Notes: generated by a model from the sequence alone, not told the origin. A stretch of DNA of 62,204 bases, filler included, from Basidioascus undulatus (GCA_000826855.1; 7 parts of 7 records of this genome joined end to end with filler, not necessarily neighbours in it), one strand, 5' to 3'; shown: positions 12,367-26,630, counted from the whole stretch's first letter. Numbers and translations are program-made.

Positions 12367-12997
12367 GGCAGACGGGATTAATCAGATGAGAAGGAGGGTT
12401 GGTTCTGGATGAGCATGCAATTGCTGGAGAGGAGTGCAGTCATCGGACAGTATTACAGTACTGTGGCTGGCATGCTGCGAGGTGGTCACTCAGGCTGCCG
12501 TGGGAGCGTTGTCCTCCTCTTCTGACATAACCTTAGCCGCCAATAGACTCAAGCTTTTTTTTCGTTTATTTTCCAGGACTTAGCTTTCAATGTAAACGGG
12601 TGGTGACAATTTCAGGTCAGGCCGGGCAGCCTTGCCAGACTGGGTTTCGAGGAAGCATGGCGAAGCCGGCCGAGCAGCACAGGCTTGACGACATGCCTTT
12701 GGCACCCGTATTCGACGTTCAGTATACTTTTTGTTTTTATTCCCCTGTATGATGAAGAGAGAAAATATGTATTCGACATGGCCAACAGAAACAGGCAGTT
12801 CAGCGCAGCGAGCAGTCGTCATTTTTAGTTTTCAAGCGCGCCCGCTGAACTTAGGCGAAAAGTGCTGAGTCGGGGGGCGCCCGCTGCGCCTGCTGGCGAG
12901 CCGCCCTCTGCTCGCTACCATCACCACCCCCGCCCTCGCCGCCGCCGCCGCACTGTCTCCGGTCGCCCGCCATCGCCCGCCCGCTGTCCCCGCCGCC

Positions 12998-15900
12998 ATG
13001 GACCTCAAGAAGAGGCGGCACGACGGCTCCGAGCCGTCGTCGAGCGGGCCCAAGAAAAAGATCGCGCTCGACGCGGCTTCATCCGCCGCGCCCTCGGCCA
13101 CGCCCTCCCCGCCTTCCACCTCCCGCCTCAACGGATCCGCTGAGCTGCCCAGCGAGGAGCTGTTAGAGGTGCGTTGAACGCACTGGTACGTTCGTGGAGC
13201 GCGGGTCGCGCATGCTGACTGGTGTTGCTGCTGCGGCTGCGGCTGGGATGTAGACCTTCCGCAAGGAGGCCATTTGGCGGCAGATGCGCGAGTACAAGCG
13301 CCAGCACGACCGCGCTGTACAACGCGCGAACGAGCTGCAGCATCAGCGCGACAAGATGCAGAGCAGCTTGAGCGCTGTCGAGGTGTGCTGGACCGAGGTG
13401 GGTTATCGCGCTGGTTGTGGACCCCATACCGTCACGCGAGGTTCGACTGGAACGGGCGTTGTTCTGATCCCCCATGCATCCAACAGCTGGTCGAGATCCT
13501 ACAGCTCGTGGCGGTCCCGGCAGGGCCGAGCTCTATTGCCGATGCATCCCAAGGTCCGACCCTCCCTCGCCCCTCCCTCCGCAGCAGCTCCTGCTAAGTT
13601 CCCTTCACCCAGCAGACTTCCTCTCAGTCATCTCCGACGACGACGTCCAACTCCTCTCCGAAGCGTTGCAAAAACGCACAGCAGCAACCCGCGAGCTCGT
13701 CTCCTCCGTCCTCACCTCCGCACCCGTCGCGCCCGATTCCGCCGAACTTCGCAAGAAGGCCCACCGCTTCCAGCAAGAGGTGAGGCGTTCTCTTCCCATC
13801 GCCACTTTTCATTTTGGTATGAGCGAGACGCTGATACGGGTTACTGCGGGTATAGGCGGTGGGTTTCCGAGAAGAGTTGCGCCTGACGAAGTCGCAGCTC
13901 GACGAGGCGCGGACCGAGCGCGACGAGACGCGAGCGGCGCTGCTACGAGCCGAGAAGCAGATCGACCGAGCAAAGAGCACAGTCATCCGCGAGGTGAACG
14001 GGGAGGATGCCAAGCCTTCTGCGGCGAAGGTAAAGGAGGAGTCACCAGCAGCCTCAACACCTAAACCTGTACGTTGCGATGCGATGCGGTGCGATTGATG
14101 AGTACAGGTCTGACGCGAGGCGGTTGGGCAGTCTCCTCCACGAGATCCAGAACCTCCCGGCGCGACGATGGCGGAGCTCGAGGAGGCGCGGGCGCTGGTA
14201 GCAGCGCGGCTAGCGGAGACGGCCGAGTTGAGAGCGGAGCGCGTCAAGCTCAACCAGGAGTTAGATAAAATGAAACTCAACGTACGTGTCCGACGGGGCT
14301 GCTTGAGATGGACGGCTGGTGCTGATTCGCATTTCTTGCCCGCAGCTGTCACGACCACCCGACGAGCTCGTTCGCGATACGCCAATCTTCAAGGAGCTCC
14401 AGGTCGAGATCGATGCGTTCCGCGTCGAGGCCGAGACCGCGCGGGCGCAGTTCGACAAGCTCAAGAAGCAGGTCGAGGAGCTGCAGTCCGAGCGGAAGGA
14501 GTTCGAGGACAAGGTCAAGGTACGTGTGTTGAGCGTGCGGGTTCGGCTTGGGTCCTGAGGGCGGTTTGGTTTGGGCAGGCGGAGGCGAGCGCGCAGGTCG
14601 AGGATCTGCGGCAGAAGCTCGCGCAGAAGGAGCAGGACATCAGCCGGCTTCGAGGACAGCGCGAGGACTTCAGCGCCGAGCTCAACATGCGCCGATCGCG
14701 CGAGGCGAACAAGGCGGCGTCCGTAGCGGAGATTCAGAAGCTGTCCGAGTCCAGACAGGTAGGTTCTCAAGCGCTCGAGTGGGAAGAGAAGGCGGCGTGG
14801 GTGACTGACGGTGCGGCTCGAAATGCAGGAGCGGATAGAGACTCTGCTCTCCGAGGTCCGACGGCTAAAGTCCAAGATCGCTGCCGGCGTCGGGTCCGAA
14901 ACCGTCTTCCAGGCGCTCTCGGCCAGCGAGGCAGACACATCCTTGGCTGCTTCTCTGGAGACTCAGCTCAAGTGCGTAAGCGTTCAGCGGTTTACCTTGC
15001 GAGCACGAGCTGACGGATCTGATGTCCGCAGGTCTTTGCAAGAAGCGAACGCCGCCCTGCAAGCCCAAATCGCCGCGTCCTCGTCAGATCCGTCCCTCGC
15101 CGTGTCCGAGGTCCAGCTTCGACAGCGACTTCACGAGGCGGAGGCGCGCTTGCGACGATACGAGGCGATCCTCGGCCCGGACGCGGAGCTCTCGCCCGAA
15201 GCGAAGGACCTCGCTGCCCGACTGCGAGCGCAGGAGGAGCGCATCAAGGTCCTCGAGCTGCAACACGTCGAGGAGGAGGCTGTGAGTCTGCCTTTCTGCC
15301 CTTTCGGTGAAGGCGAGGCGGGGAGTTGACGGAGAACGTGGAGGAGAACAGGCCACCAACGCGATCTACAGCGAGGTCGAGCGCCTTTCGAACGCGTGGG
15401 AAATCCTCGAGGAGCAGAACAAGTCCAAGGTGTTCGAGCTCACCCAACTCGAGGAGCGAGTAACGCGGCTCACGACCGAGGTTCGTCGCGTCTGCCACAG
15501 CCTGGGAATGATGCGGCGCTGGTACTGAAACAGACGTGAGGGATTACAGAAAGCGAAAGCCGATAACAAGTACTTCGCGGCCATGCGCGCCAAAGACTCG
15601 ATCGACACCGAGCGCAAGGTGGCCCTGCGGACGCACGAGAAGCAGACCAAGACGATCGAGCGTCTGCTGGAGGCCGAAAAGCACTTGCAGTCCCAGATGG
15701 TGCGTTTTCTTCTATCTTTGCTGGAGGCCCAACGCAGGGGCCTGACTGACGTCAGAATGGCACGGCGTTGCAGTCGCTCGCAGACAAGGAGGTCGCTGCG
15801 TCGGCGAGCAGATCACGGGCGCTCGAGGACAAGATTGCGCTGCTCGAGCGCGAGACTACGACTCTGCGCGCTCAAACCGAGGACGGCAAGAAGCGTCTCG

Positions 15901-16493
15901 ATCTGGTCAGTAGCCTTTTCGCACGGCGTGGTGCAGCCGCGAGCAGCCGAGAGCAGCCGCTGACCTGGACTCTGCTGCGTCCAGACGACCACCAAGCTCA
16001 ACGAGCGACACGCCCAGCTCGAGCAGGAGCGCGCGGCGCGCAAGCGGACCGAGGAGGAGGTCGCCAAGCTCCGCGCGGACGTCGAGCGCGCAACGACGAT
16101 GGCCAAGACTGCGTCGGCGAACGGCGTCAGCGTGAGCGAGGAAAAGCTGCAGAAGGAGCGGGATCAGCTCTTCGTGCGTCTTAGCTTTTTCATCCCACAA
16201 CTGTTCTTCGCAACCGCGGGTACTGAATACCTCTCGCTTTGCCCGCTTCAGTCAATCCTCCGCTGCTCAGCGTGCAAGACAGAGCTCAAGTCCCATTGCA
16301 TCACGCGGTGCATGCACAGTGCGTTCCCTTGTTCCCTCCGCTTCCAACTGCGACTCTCGCTCACATGCTTTTCCGCAACCCAGCGTTCTGCAAAGGCTGC
16401 ATCGACGCCCGCATCGAGACACGACAACGGAAATGCCCGATCTGCCAAATGGGCTTCTCGAGCTCGGACGTCGAGAAGATCCACTGGGCGTGA
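12998..16493 (+). CDS. BRE1: E3 ubiquitin ligase Bre1 (histone H2B), multi-exon
   Basis: FRKEAIWRQMREYKRQ, long coiled coil, KAKADNKYFAAMR, C-terminal RING LRCSACK..CMH.FCKGCID.RIETRQRKCPIC. Confidence 0.95.
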
Positions 16494-17027
16494 CCTTCGG
16501 CGCCGCTCCCGTCCTCTCTCCCCTCCCTCTACCTCATCTCTCACGCCTACCTCTACGCGACCACCCCGCTCCGCCGTATTTCTCCATATCCCCCAACGCA
16601 CCGCTCCCTCGTTGCCAGTTGCTTCACACACTTTCTCCGTTGCGTCCCGGCGGCTGCTTGCGCGTTCTGCTTTTATTTCCGTCCGCTATTTGTTGGCACT
16701 CCTGTCTTTTCACCTTGCCCGTTCTCGTTTGACGACGCGCATTCCTGTACTTGTAGTTGTGACGCAGACCTTGCATTACCGAAGAAGAAACTATGTCTGC
16801 ATTGCGGGCCGCGTGCGCAGGAGACCTGGCAGACAGACGGTTCGAACTGCGTGGAGCATGCGGCAGGCAAGCGGCCGCACGAGCTGTCACACGAGCTGTA
16901 CGATGCGGAAGATGCCATGCGGTGATGCGGATGCGGGGTGGGGTGTACAATGAAGAGCGAACGAAGCGCCAAGAATGGGGGAGGGGGAGAGACAGGCAAT
17001 GCGAGGAACGTGATGAGATTTCCGATA

Positions 17028-17725
17028 CTAGAGCTTCGTCTCGCCCTGCAGCCTGCGCCACAGCGAGCTGGGCGGCATCTGGGGAGCGTAGACGTGTGAG
17101 AAGCGCTGCGTGACCATCGGCGGGCTCGGCATCTGCTGCGACTGGTCCGGATTGTGCATGCCCGCTGACGCGGACGTCGACGTCGACGGCTCGCCTCCGC
17201 CGTGCGCGTAGGTGTGTGGCGGCGGGGGAGGGAGGACGTGCGAGCGCATGGGGTTCGTCAGCGAATAGTGCACTTGCATGCGGAGGCCTTGAACGCTGTG
17301 AGTTGGGGGTAGGTGAGGAGGTCAGCGAGAAGGCAAGAGGGAGGAAGGAAGGGAAGGACGCACATGGCGCGGAGAGAACCGATCTCCTCCGCGGTGCGGA
17401 GCGACTCGGTGGTGAGCATCATGTCTTGGCGGCGTTCCACTGTGTCCCCACCACCAAAGCCTTGTGAGCACAGCGCCAGACAACAGAAAGCGAAGCAGAC
17501 GAACGGCTGTTGAGCGCATGCGTAAGCGTAGCGACGCTCGAGCGTAGGCTCGCGAACGCCGTCTCGAGCGTGTTGTGCCTGGGCTGTTGGGCCGCGGGCA
17601 TGCCTCCGGCTGGAGCCTGCGGGGCGGTGTGCGGTGTGTGCGCGGGTGTTGCGCCGGGGGTAGGGACGGGCGGGAGGTTCGGGGTGCGGTATGCGCGTGA
17701 GGGAGAGGCGCGGGGCCGGGACGAG
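17028..17725 (-). CDS. 3' end of a hypothetical protein, probably the basidiomycete RING/TRAF-type zinc-finger family; ends in -TKL
   Basis: Spliced LRSSVATL..ERRQDMMLTTESLRTAEEIGSLRA..GLRMQVH..GETKL*. Family recognised from memory; the zinc-finger region is not in the window. Confidence 0.55.
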
Positions 17726-17825
17726 NNNNNNNNNNNNNNNNNNNNNNNNNNNNNNNNNNNNNNNNNNNNTTAATTAATTAANNNNNNNNNNNNNNNNNNN
17801 NNNNNNNNNNNNNNNNNNNNNNNNN
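17726..17825. other. Artificial contig spacer
   Basis: N44-TTAATTAATTAA-N44. Confidence 0.99.
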
Positions 17826-18318
17826 GAGGGGGTCATCTGAAACGCGCTGTGCAGTCTCGATGCCCCCCTCAGGCTTGGCGATCCTGGCCCGGCCCTCCAC
17901 CTCCGCATGGTCCTCCACCGCCCGCGCCTTCCCCTTCCGATCACGGCTGACCAGCCGCCCATCCTCGATGTCCAGCTCTCCGTCAAGCTTCTTCTTCTCC
18001 GCGCGCGAACGGAGGAGCGCGAGGCGGGATTCGGAATCCTGCGGAGAAGCGAGCCAGGTTAGGGAGAGCGGTGAGGAACGGGTTTGGGAAGGGGAACGCA
18101 CAGCGGTGAGAGTCTTTTGGTGACCCAGCTCTTCTTCGAGCCTCGCACGCTCCTCATCTCGCCGTACGCGGTCGATGTTGTCCTGCCGGTAGGGATGGTA
18201 CGACCTGTGAGGGGAGGGGTGGGAGGGAGGTTAGAAGACGATTGATGGGTGGAGAGCGCGGGGAGGTGGCAGAATAGGGGAGGAAGGCGTACTTGTGGTG
18301 TGCAATTTTGAGGGGCAT
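17826..18318 (-). CDS. CIR_N-domain (LENG1-like) protein, 3'-truncated
   Basis: Spliced N-terminus MPLKIAHHK|SYHPYRQDNIDRVRRDEERARLEEE..DSESRLALLRSRA. Confidence 0.8.
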
Positions 18319-20055
18319 GATGGGCGCTTATTGTGGTGTTGTGCGTGGGTTGATGGTAAGGTAGGGAGCTCGGAAGGCCCTCAAGAGATGGCCAGGCGTG
18401 GCCGACGGCTCGCTTCGCGTGTGTACGATACGAATGATTGTTGTCCAAAATAAAACGAAATGCCGCTGATGTTCGATAGTGGAGGCCAGATTATGGGTTC
18501 AATCTGAGCGCGAGGCGGTGGCGATGAGGGATGCGCAAGACGATGATGGGCAGAGGCAAGCGAGGGAAGGGGCGGCGGAATCTTGCCTTCGCACCGCTGC
18601 CCCAAGGCTGCCCGCATCGCCCGGCACCGTTTCCCATTCTCCCTTTATACATCCTCGCATTCCCTTGGCAGGCTCAATCAGGATTCTGGGGACTATTTCA
18701 GCACACCAGTACAAGCCCCAGTTATCCATGTGCCCAACATACCCCAGGCTCTCCCAGCCCGGCCTTCCTCCTCCACGTCTCGCCAAAGCAAACTTCGCGC
18801 CTGTACGTGGATCCTACACCTTCATGTGGAATATTTGACCGCGAATGTTCAGTTACCTCCAGTGTGACAGGTTCCTCCTCTTCGAATATTTTCACATGTG
18901 CATTTCACGTCCCGCTGTAGACTGTATCCCTAACGAAGCGCTTGGCTTTGAACAGATATGCGTCGATGACGGGTGTATATTGCTTCTTTAATTTATGATT
19001 CTGAAGAAAGATCTCACCCTCAACAGGGGGTCCTGAACGGATATTTGCGAACTGTTTTGGCATCGCCTGCGAGACTCTGACCATCTCGCTGTTCCAGTAT
19101 TATTTGCAGTTAGCCCCCCTTAGGTTGATGGTTGGGGAAGTATGAAGGTTGGTAACTCGATGCTACATTGGCTATGTCCCTCTCCCGACTCCAGAAAAGA
19201 ATTGTTAAGGTTGCTCCAGGTGCCGCAGCGGGAACGCCTCGCGACCCTGTGCCGCTTGCACCGTATGCCTGCCGAGTTATTTCCTCTCTCTTCCAATGTG
19301 AAGCTCTAGTATGTCTAACGATGGGGCAAAATCCATACTTTGCCTCGAGACGTCACATTGCATTCGTGTGGCAGGGGTTGCCCATGCAGCCGACGTATCT
19401 TGCTCTAATGGACATCGACATCTCCGCCTAAGGGCTGCCATCTCAGAGGTCAAGCTTACTTGAAACAAAGATGTGTACACCAGAGTTTGCTTGTGGCAGC
19501 TTTGAGGTCGGGTGTCTTACGGTCTTTCGGGAAGCAAGGTATCTTTAATTGCTGTGCGCTGTTGCTTGTCCTCGCGCACCACGCTTACCAGAGCGTTTGT
19601 GCACCATAGGACTCCAGACTTCTGCAGCTCATCGATGCAGAAAGATAAAACAGTGAAGAACACGATACGGGGACCATACGAATCGCATGCGGAAGTGCTC
19701 GCCTGCTCAGCTCTCCGAGATGTGGCGACTCTCCACTTCCTGCACCACGAGGATTTGCAAGGGTGTACGCTTTCTTGGATATTTTGGAATACCAGAGCTT
19801 TCCAAGTAAAGCTTCGTAGAGCAGTTCCTTCTCACTGCTTGTGGGAAACAGCCACTTCTACAGGTGCTATGCTAAGGTGGACGTGGACGAGATGAGAAGC
19901 AAGCAATCCGGCGGGAAGGCAGAGCTTTGTTTGGAATATTGTTGTCATATGCAAGTCTAGTGACTCTACTTGCCTCCGATTATCTAGTCGTCGGGAATGT
20001 GGGTGTATTACAAGTGCTAAATGTGATAGCTTGGGAGATGATAGGAAGATCGGAA

Positions 20056-22785
20056 TCACTGCTTCGCGCCAGCCGCAACGTTCTCGCGGGCAGTGCCCTC
20101 GGGAATGTCGCTCCCAGAGTCGTTGTGGCCCTTCTCGACGTCGAGGGCACCGACGCCGGAGAGACCCAGTCGGTGCCCCTCGGCCTCGACCTCCGCGGTG
20201 GAGAGCTTGGGCATCTGGCGAGAGACGGACACGTCTAAAAGGGAGGGAATGCAGGTCAGATTGCGCACAGAAATACGAGCAGAAACATTAAATCGACTTA
20301 CAGGACTTGCCCTCGGTGTAGCCGAGAGCGAAGATGATGTCGATCTCCTCGAGGGAGCGGCCAGCCGTCTGCATTGGAAGTCAAACCACATACGCGCTGC
20401 AGAAACCAGTGGGAAATATCCTCACCTCCGGGTAGAAGTACCAGATAATAGGGATGAAGCAGGCGTTGATGACGCCGAAGAAGAGGAAAGTGCCCCAGTT
20501 CCAGGCAGTCAACATGGGCGGAGTCCACTGGACGACGGCGAAGTTCCACAGCTGTCCGGACGGCCAAGATGGGTTAGCGGCTAAGCTACGTCATCTGAGT
20601 GGAACCCGCGAACAACTCACCCAGTTGGTCATGGTGGAGATGGCGTTCGCGTTGGTACGGATGCGGAGCGGGTTGACCTCGGCCGGGTACAGCCACGGCA
20701 GCTCAAGCCAAGTACAGCCGAAGAAGATGAGGAAGAAGAACATGCCGACGACGCCACCCTGGGCGGCGTTGGCGGTGCCGGGGATGAGGCAGCCCATGAT
20801 GAGGCTGAGGGGAATCAGGCTGGATCAGCACCGTGCCAGATAAGACGTGAGACCGGCACGTACAACATGGACAAAGCCTGACCGAGAGAGCCCATCAGGA
20901 ACATATTGCGACGTCCCATGCGCTCAATGAGGGCGTAAGAGCCGAAAGCGGCGATCGCGTAGACCGTCACGTTGACACCACTGCAGGATAAATACGGGTC
21001 AGAGAAGAACAGGTTGACGTGGGCAGCCTCCACGCACCCGAGAATGAGGGAAAGGGTGCGTTTAAGGCCAAGCGTATGCTGGTAGATGACCGGCGAGAAG
21101 TAGATGACAGCGTTGCAGCCTCTGAAATAAGAAAAAGAAGCGTCAGTGACGGCGAAACGTGCCGCAGGAGGCAAGCGCGACGCACCCGATCTGCTGGAAG
21201 AGCTGCGAACCGGCACCAAGCAAAGTCCGGCGGAAGTGCTGGGTCTTGCCGCTCGTCTGTAGGTATACGAGTTGAGCCGAAGTGCTGCCTTGAGACTGTC
21301 GTTAGTAAAAGACTCACGAAGACATCGCGACGGCGGGCCTTGATCTTGGACATAGCCTTAAGGGAGTCCAAGATGACACGCTGGGACAAGGAGTCGAGTG
21401 AGTATCGCATCCAATAAAGTTCGTATAGTGCCGGGTCACCTCACTTTCTGCGTCTGAGCCTCCTCAGAGTGGATAGGAACGGACGCGAGCGCCGCGACGA
21501 CGCGAGTGCCCTCTTCCTCGAAGCCGCGTGCCAGAAGCCAACGAGGAGCTATTCGCGAATGTCAGGCCATGTTCTGCAAGGTTGACTCCGACTTTACTCA
21601 CACTCAGGCAGGAACCACACGCCGCCCCAGAGGCCGAAGGCGAAGATGACCTGGAGCGCGATCGGGAATCGCCAAGAGACGTCGCCCATGTCGCCGTGAA
21701 CGAAAGAAAGCCCAAAGTCGATCTGCAAGTCAATCGGTAAGTAAAGTGGGTTTGCGAGTAGTAAAAAGCCATGGTAAATATCTCACCCAGTAAGCGATGA
21801 CAGTGCCAGTCGCGATCATGGACGCCTCGATACAGACTAGAAGACCACGGTTGTGCGACTTGGACGTCTCGGCTTGCCACGTGGGGATTGTTGCGGTGTT
21901 CATACCGTTACCAATGCCAGTCACAACCTGAAGTATCGGTGACAATCAGTTTTCGTTCCAGTACCTCGGCGGATGCGGATCTGCAGTGACTTACACGACC
22001 GACACAGAACTGCGCCGCGGCCTCATAACCCCGGAAAGCGGTGACCTGGATGACGGCTGCACATATCTCGGTCAGACCACCACACACCAGCAATATCCCA
22101 GTTGGAATAAAGGGACTTACTGCCGATAACCATGACGAGAGCGCCCAAGAATATCATCTTCCTCCGGCCAAGGTAGTCACCAACGACAAGGCCCATAGCA
22201 GCACCCGCCAGACAGCCTAAGAGCGAGTGGAATCAGCATCTAAGGCTTGGCTCCAAAGAACGAACCAGCATCTGGCTCACCCAGCTCGTAAATGGAAGTG
22301 TACGTGGCCTGAATGACGGAGGACTGCGACCGTGCGGACTCAACACTCAATCCGCGTTCTAACCATGTCTCTTCCTTGACAGAGGGGAAGGTCTCCGCAA
22401 ATTGCTCTGAGAGATACCAGCTCCGCATGAGCACCCAATCCACAAGGGCTGAGAAGATCAAACACACCTGCGGAAATGATTCCAGACATGACACCCTGGT
22501 CTTGAAAGGGTAGATACCGCGTCAGCTTGCGTTGGCCCCCTCGGAACGATTGTGGAGCATACTCACCGTATCCGAAGAGGAGGAAACCGATGGTGGCAGT
22601 GCAGGTGATGGCCCGAATCAGACCATCACCGTGGAGACCCATGTCTGTTGAAGATTGAGACCCAAGACGCAGTCAGTTGGTACATCCATTGCAAAGATCG
22701 AAGGTTCAAGGCAATTCGACTTGCAAGTAGGGATCTCCGAAGAGTCATAGTTGTTCTCGATTTGGCGCTCTTCCGACTTCGCCAT
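20056..22785 (-). CDS. MFS sugar porter, STL1-like (glycerol/polyol:H+ symporter), many short exons
   Basis: GFLLFGY|DQGVMSG, GMNTATIPTWQAETSKSHNRG, PESPRWFL, GCNAVIYF, IERMGRR, LPWLYPAEVNPLRIRT. Confidence 0.9.
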
Positions 22786-25096
22786 GGTTATCCGCCTCCG
22801 GTGGTTGTCGTATGTGGTCGTCGATGAAATACAGTGGGCTGCGAGTGGCGGGGATGCGTGACGGGAGAGAGAAGACGGAGGATCGCGCGCCGGCGAGGGG
22901 TACAACTCAAGGGGAAAGAAGAGGCTTCGCCGCGATGCCCCTTGTCAGTTATATATGTTCCAGCGTCGCCGGAGGTGCAGCAATGGCCGGTTACAGGCAG
23001 GCGAAAGCACCCTCCAACGCGACAGCCTCTTGGCAGACCTGCATGTTTAGCGACTGCCAAGAGACAGCCCATTGCGCCGCTTGCGGTGTGCCTCATGGGG
23101 CCCGCGGGGGAGCACCCTGAGAGAGAGGAGATTTCCAAAGATAAACGGGAGCCCCACAGTCCAATCTGGCGCGACGACTGCGGGGGGGAGGCAGCGCATG
23201 TGCCTGGTGATTTATCGGCTGACCGGAGATGCGTGGAGCAACAAAGATATTTTTCAAGATGGCAACACTACCATCCTCCCCATCTTGCCTCTTCGCCTCG
23301 CAGTCGCAGGAGCGGACGCGGTTTTTCTGAAAACAACCTTTCTCAAGCTGCAGTTTGATCACTGACGTCAATGTTGCGAGAGTGGAAAGATGAAAAAACC
23401 CGAAGCCAAGGAAGCTCGCTTTGAGCGAACCTGCCAGTCGGAAGTTGCCCACATTTGTCGACAAACTACGTCAGCCCAGCGCTTGGCCCGGCAGCGCCAC
23501 CCTGTCGTCCTCGCCTTCAAACCAGACGTTTTCGCATTCCATACACACAGCCAAGAGGGTTCTACAAAGCCCCTGCGTCACAGATATAATAATCTCTGTG
23601 CCCACTATCGTAATATGAAACGAAAACAGAACCCGAGCACGGGGGCGCCGCCACCGGCCAGAGCAGGAGTTTCGCGGTCGGCTGTCTTCCGCTCGTTAAC
23701 TTCCACATGCACACTGCAAGGCAGCCATTCAGAGCCCCTAGATTATACTATCTACTCTCAAAGCCATTGATAGGTCACGGCCTCGCATGGTCTGCATGGT
23801 CACAGGACGGAGGATCCTGCAGGTAAATTTTGATATATGCCTAGGGTAAACAGTACTCGACAGCAGGGACACTGCCCTGTCTTCCAAGCGCAGCTGCGGG
23901 AGTCGCACCATTTGTGCCTCATTTGGCCGGGTTGGTCGCTCCGAAGTCCGGGAACGATCTGCAGCCTGCACGTTCCTTTCGATGGGTAAGGAACAATATT
24001 AGGCCAGGGGTATTTGGGCCGAAAATACCGGATACTTGCCGGATACTGTGCGATGGTCACCTCCCGATGCATGCCCGGATGGTCACACGCTGGACTTGTA
24101 GACAGAAATATAGCCTGTGAAAGGGTCGTGTGCATGCAAGAGCATTCCTCGAGCTTTCGGACAGAATGTCAACGGGGCTTGCAGAGGGCAATGATAAGCA
24201 GTTCGGTCAGGGTGTTTCCGGTAGCCTGGCAGTCTGTAGACAGTGCGGTGTCCCGTTCGGCCTCCTGCAACCCTGCCGGCCGTGACCCTCGACAAGTAAC
24301 CGTCCCTTCCGAGCCGCCCACAGGCCACGTCTACCCTTACTACTATACCCCTTTCACCAAATAAACAAGCAGGACTTTTCCAGGTAGATAGGAGATCAGG
24401 TCAGAAAGGCCGAGCTCGCAGCTCCGCTTGGCATACCTCGATGTGAACCTAGCTCCTTCATGTTGGACGTCCCTGGCCCCGCAACTGTACGTGGTACGAT
24501 AGCATGCCAGAGCTATAAATCTCTTGAAGGTCCATCCGATTCACTCAGCGACTGGCTATCATGAAGGGTCAGTCCTCATCGCCAGCAACAGCTTCAACGC
24601 ACGGACCTGGCAGCTGTGTGCCAGGAACTGCGTGGACTGAACGAGCGCGGAATCGAGATGCAGCATGTAACCAACTGTCTGTCGTCCAGGAAATCGTGCT
24701 GCAAGATTAGGCCGTCAGCTTCTAAACTTCGCTATGGATGGTGATAAGCCCTGTACATGAAATCTTCGAGGGAGATCGCGAAACGCGCAGATGACTGCAA
24801 GACAACGTACAACGAGTACGGTTGTCTTTCTCGCTCGATCGGTCAGTTCTGCATTATGTCGATTGTGAGAGGCCAGATAGGCCGCATCGGCGCCAATAAT
24901 GGCCCTCCTCTGACACCAGAAGACCAATCCAAGTCTTTGTACCGCTGAAAGGGCTACTGAGCGCCAGTTCCTGAAGCAGCTCCTGCAGCAAGGCCCAGAT
25001 GTCGCACTCAACATGAATGCGTCCCTTCTACAAGTCCGAAACAGTAACAATAATGTAAATCTACTGGGACATTCAGTCGCGATGTGACAGATACCC

Positions 25097-25835
25097 TCAA
25101 AGCACCTTCTCGACTTGCGATGCGACGCCCTTCCACACGCAGCTCATCTCCCCCCACAGCTTGCTCTGCAGCGCAAGGCCTTCGGTGGACCGCGAGAAGT
25201 CGTACGGCCTGAGACAGAATGTGAGCTCTCTATGCGTAAAAGGCTGTTCGGAGATGACCTACTCGATCACTGAGCACCCCGAGACGTAGGCGCCGCCGAG
25301 TGTGTGGCCCACACCAGGTTGCGCGCACCCTGCTCGCCCGTCAATCCGATCGAACGCTGCATGATGCTGTTTTGAACATAGTCAGCTCAAATTTCCTTCG
25401 ACTGCCCCTTTGCCGGCAGGAAGCTTCCCCACACTCACTAGAAAGCCCAGCTGTCGATCTCGCGCGCGAGCTCGGAGCGGCACAGACCAGGGTTCACGAC
25501 GTTCACGACCACATCGCTGGCGACGTCGAGCTTGACCAGATCCCGAGCCAGGAAGAGGTCGAGCAGCTTTGAAACGTTGTAGCGATCACCTGGGTGGTGG
25601 TGCGCCTTGTCGTTCAGCGCAGAGAGAGTCGAGCCAGGGACGTCCTTCTGAGGGAAAATAGACTAGAAGTGCCCTGAAAAAAAAGGGAGGTGGAGGTCAC
25701 TTAGTATCTGAATACCTAAAACCCTGCATTTAGGAATAGGCCTACCAGCAGAGCCGACGAGGGTGAGGTGCAGCTTGAAAGCCGGAGAGCAGGAGCAGTG
25801 CGAGAAGACCAGTGCAGAGAACGTTGACTTGGAGG
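25097..25835 (-). pseudogene. Short-chain dehydrogenase/reductase pseudogene
   Basis: LQVNVLCTGLLALLLL, then a frameshift to HLTLVGSAGHF*SIFP (TAG 25663-25665 at an expected Trp), catalytic YNVSK, VNPGLCRSEL, C-terminal KLWGEM. No N-terminal Rossmann motif found. Confidence 0.8.
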
Positions 25836-26630
25836 CTAAACATGGATCCAAAAGTCGTTAATCATCGAATCCCAACAGGGGCTGACGAAAATACTTGTGG
25901 ATGCAGTTGCCTCACCGTCATGACAAGCATTTTTTTGTGGGGATCGCCCGAAGAAAGTGCCCCCGATCGCTGAAAATTTGTTGCTGCTTCCGCAGTGGCA
26001 AGTGATGGTAGGAAACATCTTGTCAAGATGCTCACCTAAGCTGGCACAGCGAATCAGCGATCTCGGCTACATGAAAATATACCCTCGCCCAGAAGGCTTC
26101 AACGGTCCTTTGCAGCACACACTTACCGATTGGCTTGTCATGGTAGAAGCTTACTACTTCAAAGCTCATGTTCATGCTTAAACATCGAAGAGGTTGTGCG
26201 TCTGCAGCCGCGAGTGCGCTGCAGCAGTGCAACAGCATTGCAGTCGCAAAACACACTCGCCGGCTCTCAACCCACAAGGGTCGGCCCTGCCCTCACTTGA
26301 AACGGGAATCATTGCAAAAAATACATCCGTTTGCTTATCGAGGTATCTCAGCTATCTAAAGTGCGACGATCACAGCGCCTCGACCTCGACCTCACCCCTA
26401 GCCGCTGCGACGCGTTTCACCTCCCCTCTCTTCCCACCCCCCTCGCCTACGCGCCACCGCTCGAGGACCCGCAGTGGGCGGTGCCGCTGCATCTCAAGCG
26501 CGAGGGAGAGGTCCGAGTCTAGGGGCGCGGTGCCGGGGGACGCGGTGGAGGGAGAAAATGGGTTTTGAGAAGGTTGGCTGGGAGTGGGGGTCGGGGAGAA
26601 GGGGGACGGGGACGGGAATGGGCGAGAGGT

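Noticed and set aside
25661..25700. Helitron 3' end (CTAG-T) interrupting the SDR
   Set aside because: Better explained as a splice acceptor followed by a nonsense codon; there is no strong hairpin.
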